64,000 bases of DNA from Lama glama (lineage: Eukaryota), in contig CM052816.1 in the NCBI GenBank assembly GCA_028534125.1, positions 74,650,001-74,714,000 on the forward strand. The letters run 5' to 3'. Shown in pieces: positions 24,690 to 38,369 of the stretch. Positions within the stretch are counted from its first letter, which is position 1. The number at the start of each line of letters is the position of its first letter. A program made the position numbers and the translations under genes. The notes under the pieces were generated by a model. The model was not told the DNA's origin. It saw only the letters and a list, made by a program, of their open reading frames with translations, and did no database searches.

Positions 24690-24985
24690 GCCTTCCCCTC
24701 TACCTGGAATATCTCACTCTGACCATGTAGGGAAATTCTCCTTAACCTTCAAGTTCCAGCTCAATTGTTTAATACCTGGCTCTTCCAAAGATGGAATTAG
24801 TTAATTAACTATTGCTGCATCTGCATCCTCATGGGTCTTTATACCTACTTTTATTAAATATTTCAGTTTTTATTGATATATCTGCTTTCCCCATTAATTC
24901 TGAGATCCCTGAGGGAGGCACTATATATTCTTAATATTTGTTCCTAAAATGTGTAGGTTGGTGTCCAGCAAATGGTAGGGTGCCC
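24690..24985 (+). mobile_element. L2 3' fragment
   Basis: ccttcaagttccagctcaa...ggtagggtgcccaataaatattt. Confidence 0.6.
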
Positions 24986-25339
24986 AATAAATATTTAACC
25001 AAATTGAAGGAAACTTTAGAACTCCCAAAGTTGTATCTCAAACCCAGATCTTCATACAGAGCTCAGGATTGCCATCCTCCAAATTTTCCCCACTCTACGT
25101 TCAGAATATGCTCACTTCTTGACTCCCTCCCAGATGGGTACCCGGGCTGAAGCACCACACTCTTTCACCTGGATCACTGCTGTAGGCTTCCAACTTCTAC
25201 TGGTCCTGCTTTCTTGGAGAATCCAAACTAATACAATACTAATTGGTAAATTAGTTAGTGAGATTCTAAAAATAAAATACACTTACTTTAAAGGATTTTT
25301 GAAAATGAACACTGAATTCTCATCCACCAGGTTCTTCCA

Positions 25340-25500
25340 TTCAACAAATGCTGGGGAGCCGAAACCATGACAGATTTATTCTGGGGACTTAAGATGCATC
25401 TGGGAACAAAACTTGCATAGGCTCACAAAGACCTTGCCCTCATGGGACTTGCAGTGTAGTTGGGAGAGACAATGAACAATAAATACAATAAACGGACTGA
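25340..25500 (-). mobile_element. L2 3' fragment
   Basis: cattcaacaaat...ccttgccctcatgggacttgcagtgtagttgggagagaca. Confidence 0.55.
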
Positions 25501-26107
25501 AGTGTTGCTCCAAGAAAACTATACTAGGATAAGGGGTTCAAAATGAGCAGGTAACAGGTAAAAGGATTCTGGGAACTCCTTCTTTGCTCAGGACTCAGTG
25601 GAACAGAGCATGTGATGGTTATGAACATGCTGGATTTGCTACTCGACTCTCTTTGCCCTTGTCCCCAGCCCCCACCACCAAAGGCCTTGGTCAAGAGGAT
25701 GGCAGGGGACTCATGAAGGGAAGAAAACAACTTAGGGACATATTTACTTTTCCTTTCCTTTACTGAAAGGCAGCAGGGGAAAAACTATTTCATGATCTGG
25801 AAATTCTTAGCCAAGACTTAGGAGGAGGTCCCCGAGGCAGAAGGAAAGCTTAAAAATCACCATTTATTTTATGAATTTCAAAAAATAGATCTATCCATTC
25901 AGAGCTCTTAAAAACTAGAAGGAATATGATTGCCTTGACTCTCTCTAGTGGATTCAGAATCACTCCCAGAAAAGCTCAGGGACTGGGCAATGCCATCTAT
26001 GTGCAACCAGCAGGTGAAAAGGGACAAAACAAGATAGCCTCAACAGGGACTCGTGAATGAGTGTTCCCCTTTGAATGATTTAAGAGTAAAGATTTAAAAA
26101 ATGACAT

Positions 26108-26287
26108 GGAGGGGACGCTCAAATGGTAGAGCGTATGCTTAGCATGCATGGAATCTTGGGTTCAATCCCTGATACCTCCTCCAAAAATAAATAAACCCAA
26201 TTACCTCCCCTCACCAAAAAACAAACAAACAAACAAAAACCAAACCAAAACAACAAGATAAATAAAAATAAAAATGAAAAAAAAAAA
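26108..26287 (+). mobile_element. tRNA-derived SINE (camelid type) with long A-rich tail
   Basis: gctcaaatggtagagcgtatgcttagcatgcatgg...gggttcaatccc...acctcc...aattacctcccc then (caaa)n/A tail. Confidence 0.9.
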
Positions 26288-26589
26288 TTTGAGCTTATTT
26301 TCTCTATCTTCTCACCAAATGCAAAGTCTTTTTAAAAAGCATCTGTTAGACAGTCCTCTAGCCTCTGCCTGGATAATTATATTGATTATAAATATATTAC
26401 CTATTAGCTCCTCCCTCACTGGGAATTGCGTTCCATTTTGTGACTGCACTATTTGTTAAAAGAACTTTAACCAGAATCTGCTATTCTATTATTTATACCT
26501 GGTTCTATCCCTAGGGCACATAGGGAAAAATTAGAAACATAAATTTGTTTTTTTCAAGAGACACCCTTCCCAGAAGTCTCACCATAAGT

Positions 26590-26750
26590 TACCTCTTCTC
26601 CAGGCCAAACATGTAGGTCTTTCTACTACTTGTCATATGATAAGGTATCCAGATCCTACACCACCCCGGGCCTCTACCTTACTGTATGCTCCAGTTCATT
26701 AAAACCTTCCTAAATTGCTGTTCCCAGTATCAAATTTAGTCCCATAATGG
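26590..26750 (-). mobile_element. L3/CR1 LINE remnant
   Basis: ctcttctccaggccaaacat...tcatatgataaggtatccagatcctacaccacc...gctccagtt resembles the reverse L3 3' region. Confidence 0.6.
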
Positions 26751-28099
26751 TCACCACAAGATAGAGGAGGACCATGAACCTGCAACCAGATGCTCTGGAG
26801 TAACGGAAATGGCAGAGGCTCTCGAGTCTGGTAGATGTGGTGGATCTCCCCTCCTCCTCTGCCCAGCTCCAATCCAGCTTCCATCTGCCACTCAGCCTAT
26901 GCTGCAGGGAGGTGAATTTACCAACCCTACCATGATCAGGGCATTTCCATCCCTTCATTCCTCTCACATTCAATCCTTTCCTACTTTTTGTCTTCACGTT
27001 GTTTCTTATTTGGTTCTTTCCTTCCATCCTCTTTATCTTTAAAAGAGGTGGAAATACAAAAGGAAAGAAGGATGTGAGTGAGAAAGGAGTCTGAGCAGGG
27101 ATGAAAGTTTCTCACAGCAACTTTATAGAAATTAGGCACACAGAGCATTTCCAATTGCTAAATAAACCATCAATCTGGTTTGCTAACCTCATTTCTCCCA
27201 GGGCATCGTGAAAGCCCAAGAGGAGGAATGCTGAATCCTTCACACACGAGAGGAACAGGCCTGCCTACCACCCAGTGTCCACCTGGTGAAGCCAGGAAAG
27301 GTCAGGTGAGGGGATGGACTGCTGGAGAATTCTTAGCTGGAAAAAATGTTTAGGTAGGGGAAGGACCATTGACTGAGGAGAGAGAGGGCTTCCAGGGTAA
27401 CAGCACTTTTCTCAAGGTCACACTGGCCCTTCATAGCACTTGCTGAACCCAGTGAAGGCTGAGACATATTAACCAGAGAAACTCATGATATCTTTAAGAG
27501 GAAGATTTAAGAACTAAGTCAAATACGTCTTCCCTGTTATACATAAATAATAAATCAGAAAGTCTGTTGAAGTTAAATTTGCTTCATAACTTTTTTTCAT
27601 GTTTTCTTAATGCTATACAGTATTCTAAGCACATTCATACCAATTATGTCAGTTTTTCTGTCCTGTGAAGGAGGTGCAATTATCCTCTCTTCATCAGTGA
27701 GGAAGCTGGTGAGAAAAGCCAGGCAAAGGGACCAAATCATACAATTCGGTAGATACAGGGGTTGGATGGGAGTCCAGAGCCTTTCTGAGTCGAGTCTGTT
27801 CTTTCGACTCTTCCACAACCTCTCCAGCTATCCACGCCAACCATCCTGCCCATCTCCTGTTTTTAAACCAGCAGACCACAAACATCTGTCTGAGGCAAAA
27901 ACTTTAAAATTTTCCTCATATATATGTATATATATACACATATATATATATACGAACATTTAAAAATTATTTAGAAAAATTACATTAAATTATTAACTGT
28001 GGTTTCCTCTAGGAAGTGAAAAAATTTGGAAAGTGGAGGTAATGGGGGAATAAAAAATCAAGGACTTTTATACTTTTCTTTTACACTCTAGTTTTTCTT

Positions 28100-28210
28100 T
28101 TTTTTTTTTAAACAGGTATAGTTGATTTGCAATATTATGTAAGTTTCATGTGTTCAACATAGTGACTCACAATTTTTAAAAGCTATACTCCATTTATAGT
28201 TATTATAAAA
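28100..28210 (-). mobile_element. Short L1 3' end with near-perfect TSD
   Basis: Poly-T then gtatagttgatttgcaatattatgtaagtttc; flanks tagtttttcttt / tagttttctttt. Confidence 0.8.
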
Positions 28211-30308
28211 TAGTTTTCTTTTAACTCAGGGAACATAAAACATGAATCTGCGTAACAAAAACCTCATCTATATCAGAAGTTGAGTATTCACGTGATACTG
28301 AAACTCTGCTTTATGAAATGCTTGAATGGCAAGCTCCTCTAGTAGATTAAATGTATAATTCACTTTAAAATAATTTATTCACAAGCAGCAGTCTAGAAAC
28401 ACATCCATTGTATAACCTCTCATCAATTTATTATATAATTACTATATACTTTTATATAATCGTTTTTATTCTATTCATTATATGCCTTATTATCTATTTG
28501 CCTTATTTATTTATCTATCTATTTAATGTTTTCTTAGCTCCCTTTTTCTAAAAGAGGATTTGAGGTGCCTTCTGGAGAAATATGTGAGCTGTAAACATGA
28601 ATAAATAAAACAAATGAGAAAATGGAAATGGAAACAAAATGGAGTATAAAACTACGATAACAGGAAGGGACCGTTAACCCCTTGAAATGCATATCATCCT
28701 GTTCATTTGCTAGAAGTGGGCCACAATTTTGACTCTGAGCTTCTTTGTGACTATAACAAATAAGAAAACGTGATCTTTTATGAGGCGTACACTGCCCGTC
28801 AGATGAAAGCCCAGCATTGTTTAGAAGTGTATCTTCTGAAACCAATACATACAAGAAATTGTTCTGGAGCGCAGCATACAGGGACTTGACATGGTGGACT
28901 CAGTGAGGTATTAATGATGTTGTTTAAGATGAGACTGAGGAGCCATTTTTCCCCCTGAAAATTTGTGTGAAGATATCAAAATGGGAAAAGGCTGCCAGAA
29001 ATTAGAGGCAATCTCACACCAACTCTTTTTAACTCAAAGCCACTGGTAACATTTAATTATAAGAACACAAAGTATCTACTTCATAGTGACCACAGAAAGT
29101 TTTGGTTCAAAGTTATTTTAATATAGTAAAATCTTAGATTTGAGAATGCTGATATTTAAAATTTTAATTACATTAATAGTTCATGAAAATCTTAAGAGTC
29201 TGTGGAACTATGTGTTCCAGGATTTGAACAAAATCCATCCAGAGAAACAAAAAACACAATGAACACAATATCTGAGATTTATTTACAATTCCTGGCTTTC
29301 CTGGGATTACTTGAAGTAAAAGATTGCCCTAACTACTGCCTTATCTGGAGGTTTATTAGGTTTACTATAAATACATCAATTGTTTCACTTGTGTTTATAA
29401 CTCACAAAACAGTTAATAAACAATTTAAACCACATTTGCATGCATTATGCATGATGGATGTTAATTCCAAAATGAAAATTATCAAAACACAAATTAAAGT
29501 CTGTTTTTCTCCTCTTTGGATCACTCTCTGCAAATAAGTTTGCAGAGCATTAGTAACTTTCAATTATTGAAAGTGATCATAGCAGAACTGGTAGAATCAG
29601 CAGGCCAATTTTTGTGGCATGAACTCAAGGCCACTGAAGTTTCCCTGATAAAATTCCACACTACACCCTCACGCTGCTCTACCCCACATTTATCTTTCTG
29701 AGCATGTAAATCCAATTTCAAAATCCCTTCTTTTGACCAAGGCTTGGTTTGTAGAATGGCCTTGTCAAAATTCAAATATTTATTTGAGATGAACCACAAA
29801 TTTATTTATTAGAACCTACCTACACTTACACTTCACAGGGATGAATTAAGTGATTGTACATTTTTAAAACAAAGTAGTTGTTTAATTTATCACTTTTCTC
29901 AAGAATTCCATATTTTGAAAGAGATTGTAGGACAAGTTTAAGTTCATTTATATTCCCGTTTTTATTAATTTGCCTATATAAATACAAAATCAAGCTGCTG
30001 ATTACCATGAGGTAATACTGAGTTAACATAGTTTCACTCAATGGGCAGGAATTTGGTGTTTCATACTTCCTATCTGGCTTTATTATGGATAATGTATATT
30101 TTGCATTAGAAGAATGTGATTATATATAGATATAGATACATCATAATATATGTTTATGTGTACTCAAGAATTTAAATTTTTAAATGTAACATATTTTAAT
30201 GGTAAAAAAATTAACACAAAAGAATATAGAATAAAAATTTGTTTGCAACAGATAAGACAGAAGAAAAATTTAATTAACTTATAAAGAGGCCTTAAAAACT
30301 GATTTCTA

Positions 30309-30707
30309 TAATGTCATTTGCAGCAACATGGATGGACCTAGAGATTATTATACTAAGTGAAATAAGTCAGTCAGAGAAAGACAAATATCATATGATATAA
30401 CTTTTATCTAAAAAAATGACACAAATGAACTTATTTACAAAACAGAAAGAGACTCACAGCCATAGAAAACAAACTTACGGTTACCAGAGGGGGAAGAGGG
30501 AAGGAAGGGATAAATTGGGAGTTCGGCATTGGCAGATGCAAACTACTATGTACAGGTCCTACTGCATAGCGCAGGGAACTATATTCAATGGCTTGTAGTA
30601 ACCTGTAATGAAAAAGAATATGTATACGTATATAACTGAATCATTATGCTGTATACCAGAAACTAATGTGCTGTAAATCAACTACACTTCAATTAAAAAA
30701 TAAATTT
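30309..30707 (+). mobile_element. L1 3' end (cetartiodactyl type) with TSD
   Basis: atttgcagcaacatggatggacctagagatt...gtaaatcaactacacttcaattaaaaaa; flanks taaaaactgatttcta / taaaaatctgatttcta. Confidence 0.92.
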
Positions 30708-30729
30708 TAAAAATCTGATTTCTAACAAA

Positions 30730-31110
30730 TAGACAAAGTTCCCAACTGAAACATAGAAGCTTCAAAAATAGTTAAGAAGAGACAATTCACAGAAAAATAA
30801 AAATTATAAACATATGAAAAGATGCTAAAATTTGTTCACTGCTAAAAATGTAAATCAAAACAATAAAACTTTTTTTTAATCTATAATATTGGAAAAGACA
30901 AAACGTGTTAATAGGATACATTATTAGGGTGTGGGGACAAAGACCTTATTCAATGTCAATTGAAAACGTAAATAGGTAAAATCTATTTTCAGGGCCATTT
31001 GGTATGTTGATAAAATTTTAAATGCATATAATCTTTTTACCCAGAAATTCTACTTTTAGGGTTGTATACTTATAAACTCACAAAATTTTGCTAAATTATA
31101 TGAATGAAGG
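30730..31110 (+). mobile_element. Ancient L1 (L1ME-like) fragment
   Basis: gacaattcacagaaa...aacatatgaaaagatgct...acccagaaattctacttttagg. Confidence 0.6.
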
Positions 31111-31669
31111 TAATTTAAAAATTATTCTACATTCTTTACGTATCTTTTGACTTTTTAAAATGGTATATTGTTTCTATGAAGAAACATTTAATTTTTACAT
31201 GGTCGTGCTTATCAATTTGTTTATCACAGGCTATTTATTACCTTACATAGTTAATCCTTCCTTGAGATAAGACAAAGTACCACCACTTTTCATTTGAGGA
31301 AACCAAACTGACAGAGCAGTCATTCACCTACTCAAAATGAGAGTAGAGATTTGATCTCAGATTATGATTTCAAAGCCTACATTTGTATCTCATCATCCTC
31401 AATCTTGAAACATTGAAAAGACTGAAACCTTTAAGCTAATTTGGGGATCGCCACCACTGTTTTAATTCTTATCAATCTGGGGAGTACCAGACGAGAGAAA
31501 TGAGTCTTAGCTGCTGATGCAGAGCTCTCCTTAGTGTAGTCACTTATCCCACCTCTTCGTCTTTGACCTATAGAGTATGCATTCAACACTTGCTCAACCT
31601 TAGGATGTTGGAATAAATAAAATCACATTTCCATATTTGGGAATTCATCTCCGAAACTATTAATGTTTT

Positions 31670-32176
31670 TAAATTAAATGATGGAAGTTCATTAAATGTC
31701 TAGATCATATTCAATAAGATAGATTCTGAAACATCAATTGCTAAAGAAGTCTATGTTTACCTGCTTTCGACTTCTTATTGCAGAAAGACAAAATATGTTT
31801 GAGACTATTAATAAATTTGGTTTGTGCTTTATTGAAAATTTATACTATGAAATGGCATCTATTCAGAAATTAATTTTTGATAGGGAACTCTGAGAAAAGA
31901 GTTTTATGCATGGCCAAGACTAAGATTAGACTAAATTTAATTAAATGAATGAATTTTAATATTAAAGACAAAACGATGTGAAACCAGGATTTGCAGGGTT
32001 TTTTTCTCTGTTAACAGGACAAAGTTTTCTTGAAATAGCGATCTGCTTTTGATAACAGATTATAAAGTTTCTTCACCAGTAATTTTATGCACTTGCCTTT
32101 GAAATCTTTTATTGTCACTTTGGTTACTTAAATAAATATTGTTTCACAGTGAAAAAAAAAAGAAAGAAACAAAAAA
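31670..32176 (+). mobile_element. Polyadenylated retroposed insert with 17-bp TSD; body resembles ERV1 (MER4-group) internal sequence
   Basis: gaaactattaatgtttt at 31653-31669 and 32177-32193; AATAAA at 32131-32136; A-rich tail at 32152-32176. Confidence 0.85.
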
Positions 32177-32234
32177 GAAACTATTAATGTTTTCAGTGAT
32201 TTCCAAATGGAGAACTAACACATGAAAAAGATTG

Positions 32235-32780
32235 ATAACATGCAGGATGGCAAGTGCATGAGGAAATGGTCACTCCCATATAATGATGGTAATGTGTTGT
32301 TAGTAACATTTTCAGAAGGCAATCTGGCAACATTTATAAAAATTTAAATTCTGCATACTCTTTGAACTATCAATTCTACTTCTGGGGTTATCCTACAGTA
32401 ACATTTACCTGAGTACTTTAAAGACATGTGGACAACATTTATTCCACATTTAATGGCAATACAGAAACTTTGATGACAAAATGCTCCTTAATATGAATCG
32501 ATTAAATCAAAAGTTTATACAGTGGAGTGCTATGCAAATACACAAAGAATGAGCTAAACCAGTCTTTACTGATACGGGCTGCTGTCAGTGATACAGTATT
32601 AAATAAAAATAGTTGCAGAAAACTATCTAACGTATGAACCAACTTTTGTAAAAATGCATAGCAAAAGATCTGGGTCACCCCTAGGGAGGGGAAAAGGGGA
32701 AAGGCAAGTGGGGAAAGGTGAACATTCACTCTTTATTTCATACAGTTTTGTGCAGTTTGAATTTTTTCCAATGAGTATTT
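32235..32780 (+). mobile_element. Ancient L1 (L1ME-like) 3' fragment
   Basis: ggcaatctggcaacatttataaaaatttaaa...caattctacttctgggg...tacagtggagtgctatgca. Confidence 0.6.
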
Positions 32781-34518
32781 AAGACTTTCACAAATTCAGT
32801 CTTTATGTAGTTTGGTTTTTTAGATTTTTTTTTCAATAAACAAAGACAACTTGTGTAATTTTTAAGAGGCAATGATTGTTATAAAGACAAAAGTAGTACG
32901 TCTGCTTTGGTTTAAGAGACAGGTAGTATAGCCAGGCTATGTAGTCCAAGTGTTAGGATAAACCTTTGAGGCAGCCTAAGGCTGAAAACCGTCTTTCCTG
33001 AATAACACAAAGCAATAGATCAGAGAATTTTACTTTCAATAGGAATTGTTTACATGAAAATTTGGCATCATTATTAACCCAGCTTTCTTGAGAAGTCCTA
33101 AAACCATTCAAGCAAAAATGATTCACAGAGAATGATGGTTGTGTTAAAAATCCCCATAAGGTCTCCCTTGACTTCATCTAGACCCGACTGATTCATATAC
33201 TCTGAAGAAAGGAATAGTTCAAAGTGAGATAAGGCTGATCATTCATTCCAGCTCCCATTATAGAGCAATTTCTTTTATTTCTTCTGAGTGCTGGAGCCCC
33301 ATCCCTGTGCTTGGCAGAGCACTATCTCAGCATTAGAGTGCCATCTTGGCAGAATACCATCTCAGTCTAAGTCAGGGAGGAGACGTGCATTCTTTCCTGC
33401 GGAGGAGTTGTCAGAATTCTTGGCCCATTCCAGGTTAGGGTTGGATTATGCTATCACAGTAAAGACTTCAGCTCAGGAGGTAATCTATACTTTGTTAATT
33501 TATCCAGGCACAGGATTTACGAAGGAAAAACTCTTGCTCCCTAGTGGATTTCAAAGAACACGTGATAGCTTTTCTGCTTGAATGCTCTGCCTAGGAAGTG
33601 CTTTGCGATCCTAAAATTTCTACCCAAATGAAAGGTTTTAGTTAGAAGCTTGAGATGATTCTTTTAAAAATAGAAATTCTAGATCTGCCAGACAAGAGGC
33701 TGGCCTGATCAGGCCTGGGGATGGTGTTGGTGCAGTTTAGATTTAGAAGTTATGAAATTGGTGGAAACTCTCTGGGTCATTGTGGTGAGAGGTTTAGCAG
33801 TGTTGTACAGAAGAAAGCGTAATAGACTATAGTTTGTTTCTTCTCAGACTCAATCCCAGCAGCTACTTTTCCTCCCCAAAGCCAGGGACATGAAACCCAC
33901 CCCACTGCCCCACCACCCCACCTCCCCTGGGTAGAACAGCAGAGGACAGCTCAGAACAGCAGAACTTTGAAGTCCTTATTCCCACATGATGATGATTATC
34001 AAAGAAGGAAGAATGCTTCTTAAGCTTTGTAAAATAAACAAGAGTCATTAAGCTGTTGAAAGCGCACAGAGTCAGGGTTCATGAAAGAACTTTGTGCAGT
34101 TGAGACTGATAATTTTGTAATATCATTCGTAATATGGTCTATTATTTGATGGAAAAGCTATTTCAACGTAGAATTGCACAAAACTCAGATAAAAGAAAAC
34201 GGAACCATAAAATAGATAAGGAAACCTGCACTTACCACAACAGAAGCAATTGTTTAAGCCATGCTGGGCCAATTTTTAAAAAATTAAAACTTTTTTTGAT
34301 TAAAAAAATTGAAAAAAGAAAAAGTCATGCTAGGCCAAAGGTTTTACCACTGCCTATGGACAGAAACGGGAAGTTAGTGGAAGTTAATATCTGAACCCCA
34401 CCTATTACTTACGTTTCATTGTGTATAATACTATATATAGTAAAATGAATAGAATTCTTATTTCAATCATTCTAAACTAACACTCTCGTCTTTTTAAGGA
34501 ATCCAGTTGGAGAACCCT

Positions 34519-34989
34519 TGTGGGTAGTATTTTAGGAAGGCATCTGCAGCTGCCGGGGAAATGCTCAGATCTCCCTTCCAGAGGACTTTGCGCAAGTACT
34601 GTGATTGGCAGACAACGTCCAGTGGCCCGACCTTTGGATCCGCCATAATGTTCATGCCAAGGGCACACTTTCTTCAGGCTGTTCCCAGCCCATGACCGGC
34701 TACTGCCCTGGGCCATTTCTGCCCAACACCAGACTTGTAAAAGGCAGTCTATGCTCTGGGGCCCCCCTTAAAACTGATGAATGCATGTGTAGTCTGAGGC
34801 TCTTCCTACATCATCATCCTTCCTCCCTTCTCTCTTTACACAAACACTAAACCTGCACCACAGTGTGACGCTCTCCTGGCCTGTTCTGCTCCGCTACCCC
34901 TATGTCTTCCAAGGTCTCTCCTCCAACAAATCCTTCAAATATCTAATTCCATCTTGGCTTCTGCTTCTCAGGCAACTTAAAATGATGCA
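34519..34989 (+). mobile_element. LTR16-like (ERVL) solo LTR
   Basis: cctttggatccgcca...caggctgttcccagcccatgac...gccatttctgcccaa...tctaattccatcttggcttctgcttctc. Confidence 0.75.
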
Positions 34990-35494
34990 GCATTTGAAGT
35001 AAGCGAATCCCAGCTTGCAATAAAGATTAAAGTTCTTTTAACTTTTCAGCATATTTTTAAAGACCTTTTAAGCACTGCTTAAAAGCTTGTTCCAACAAGA
35101 GTCATTGCGGGCCTGAATGTGTTTTAGATTATTTACTTACAAGGAGGCCTTGAGCAAGGGGCCCCTTATCTGAATAGTGGAGCTATTGCTGTTTAGAATG
35201 CTATGAGAAAATTTTCGGGGACTTGGCTTTCTCTCTGACCCAAGTACAATTTGCCCTTCAGCCAAAAAGAGTTACTACAATACCAACTGGTTGTCACTGT
35301 TGATTGGCATATCATTGGCTATACTTTGCAAAAATGTGTTTGATGTTTAGGTTCAGAGTTCTTACATGCAGATCAAACCACTGGGTCCATCAAATTTTAA
35401 AGAATAAGAATATGATATAGGATTTTTCTTACATTTGTCTCTGGTTGAAATGGTAACCCCTTTATCGAGGATGTCAAATGTGATTTAAAAAAAA

Positions 35495-35633
35495 ATTTAT
35501 CTTTTTAAATTTATTTTTTTGTTGGGGTGGGTAATTAGGTCTATTTTTAATTTTCAAATGGAGGTCCTGGGGATTGAACCCAGGGCCTCGTGCCTGCTAG
35601 GTATGCACTCTACCACTGAGATCTACCCTCCCC
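35495..35633 (-). mobile_element. tRNA-derived SINE (camelid type)
   Basis: ggaggtcctggggattgaacccagggcctcgtgcctgctaggtatgcactctaccactgagatctaccctccc; flanks aaatgtgattt / aaatctgattt. Confidence 0.9.
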
Positions 35634-36084
35634 ACAAAATCTGATTTTTGATATCACCAAATTCAGATTCAATTAATGAAAAGGGATAAATCATGAGAAC
35701 CGGTTTACTTAAATTTTTCAATCACGTTTGTAATGTATCTATAAGATGTTCATTTGCCCTGCAGATGGGTGCATGAGATCATCTACTTTCTTACTTACAT
35801 AGGCCTCCTTCAGAGCAGCTTGGTTTTATATAGGCACTTTATGTGCATAAGTGCCCTAGGCTCAACATAATACCCTGTGCAACTCAAGAGATTCATGAAT
35901 ATAATTTGAACAGCTTGAAGAATGTTTTGGTAAAACTCCATTCAAATTTGATTTTTAAGCCATTTAGAGCAGATTATTTTCACTGTGTATGACAATATCA
36001 TCAGAAACCTGAGCACAGTGGATTTCTAGATTTCCTGTTTTCTTTTATTATTTTTTATGGGCAACAACCTATTAAATTTATTAT

Positions 36085-36270
36085 CTCACATAATTCACAT
36101 TACAATGCTATATGCTGCGTCATTTATTGTCTCTAGTTTAAGATACCGAAGCTGGGTTTTAGAAAGATTGAGTAACTTGCTCAGAGTTACATAGCCAGCT
36201 GCCAGTTTAGCAGGGAGCTTTCATATGAGTTGCTCTAACCCCAAGTCTGTACTTTTACTTATACATAGTA
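36085..36270 (-). mobile_element. MIR SINE
   Basis: agaaagattgagtaacttgctcagagttacatagccag. Confidence 0.7.
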
Positions 36271-38369
36271 CATCCTTCCCAAATGTCCTACACAATAGAA
36301 GACAGGAGCCATGCTACACATTAATGTAACATTGGGCAAGTCTCTTAACTTCTCCAGGAGAAGTCATAAAGCAAGCAGGGTGGGTTGGCCCCAGCCCTAG
36401 ACCCTCTGTGGGGTTCCTTCCTGCTCTGACATTCCTTTACTCTATAGCTAATCTGGATAAGTTCCTACCAAAACATAGTCTGAAAACAATTATACGCAGT
36501 GTAGGGTACAAGCCTCCGCACATGCTGACTAGGTTTGCCAAGTCTTCTGAAATGTTCTTAAATTTCTGTTCCTCCCTCTACCTTAAAATAGAGTATATAC
36601 GGCAAGAAGAGAAAAATGTTGTTTATAGCTTTGATGAATGGGTGTCCTGTGCTCCCGTTGGGGAGTATATTTAAGTTTAAAGCCATGAATAAATCTCAAA
36701 ACCAAGACATCATAATTTAAAATAAGTGAATAGCTGTAAACTATACATAAAAATGCAACTGTATTCACCTGAAGGTTTAAAAAAGTCATATCCTACAAAA
36801 TCTCAATTAGTGTTCCTTATTATAAATTGTAATTTAAGCAATAGTATTTGAGTAATAGGTCTCTGATACATTTATTTCCTCACCTGCACTCATCCTAAAG
36901 TTTCTAGTCTGATAATGCTAGCAAGTTATAATATCTGAGATAAAGGCATTTAGATCTAGAAGTGGCCACCTCAAAACTGCTCAATGATCCAAATGGAAAA
37001 TCTCTGTGCAATGTGATATAAATTGTTTGCCCTCTGAAGGATTGGCATCTCAAATTTATCTTATGTTTGAAAATACACAATTTCTATGTAAAGTATAATC
37101 AATTTCATGTTTGCATTAGCAAATAGATGCCATGTGAGCACAGTATTACTGTATAGGCCAGGTGGCACTGTGGCACAATCCTGTAATTTCCTACTCAGAG
37201 TTACTCTCTTCAGTTTTATTCATTTCTTCCTGTATCTGTGTACTACATGAAGCCTTGTATGGTTTTCCTGGTATTTTGGACTATAATAGAATGTTGTTGA
37301 ATAACCTGCTCATCCCTCACTTGTTTTTATCTGATAGACAATAGCACATTGAAAAACGAAGTCAATATTTAACTAGTCAAAGCACTGAGAGTCCCCCAAA
37401 ATACTGAGCCCATAATTTTGTTTATAAAATTACTCTTCTCATGTCTTCTCTCCCCATCTGACATTCCTATTTTATCATCCACTTCAAGTTCAAGCCAAAG
37501 CTTTTGCCCGGTGGACTTACCATCGCATGTTTATTATTTCTTTAAAAACCAAATCTAGCATCTTATTGAAAACATACTGAATGATCGAAATGAAATAACT
37601 CGGTAAAGCTCAGTCTTTTTGTCCTGTTTTTTCCACAGCAGCAGCTGGAAGAAGGGTGCTTCCACGTTTTTCAGGAACAAAGAAAATTTGCTCCTTTTCT
37701 TAATGGATGCACTAAACTGGACCTGAAAATGTCATTTCCTGTTCTTTTCCCCATGAGGGGAAGTAATCCAGATTTTAACTTGGCAAATGTGCCTGTGGAA
37801 AAAAACTGTGCTATCTCAGTTTGCGTGGATGGTCTCCTTTTTATACACCACCACCAAAACGAAGCAGAGAAACCTAGATTTTTTTTTCATGCTTGAAACA
37901 AAAAATTATAGAAAGGAAACAGAAGAAACAAGCTAAAGAGGAATTCCTCTCCTCTCCTGCCAGAAATACACGTACCCACCCTGTCCCTTGAGGTGCCACC
38001 CTACTGATAATGGCTCTTGTTAAACAGTAACTAATAGCTAAATGGCAAGCATATGAAAGGAAATTGACTTGACAGTTCTCAACCCCAAGGTGAAGTGTTG
38101 TAATGAAAGATAAGTTCAGCAAACAGGTTATAACTCAACATCTTGATGTTAAATCATAGAAGGGGATTGTAAGGATCTGGGTTTTGTCAGCAATGAGTTC
38201 AGGCATGCCCATATTTTTTCTGGGTGAATAATGCTTAAGTTGGTAGCTGATTAATTTTCTGATTAAATGCTACTATCCTCCCAGTCTGAGTCCATGCAAA
38301 ATGACTTAACAATTATATATAAGGGTATATAATTTCAGAAGATTATTTCACACCGCCCATCTCCCCTCA

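Noticed and set aside
26108..26180. tRNA-like sequences (also 14910, 35560, 58180)
   Set aside because: SINE heads with tails or TSDs and divergence; no intact cloverleaf evident
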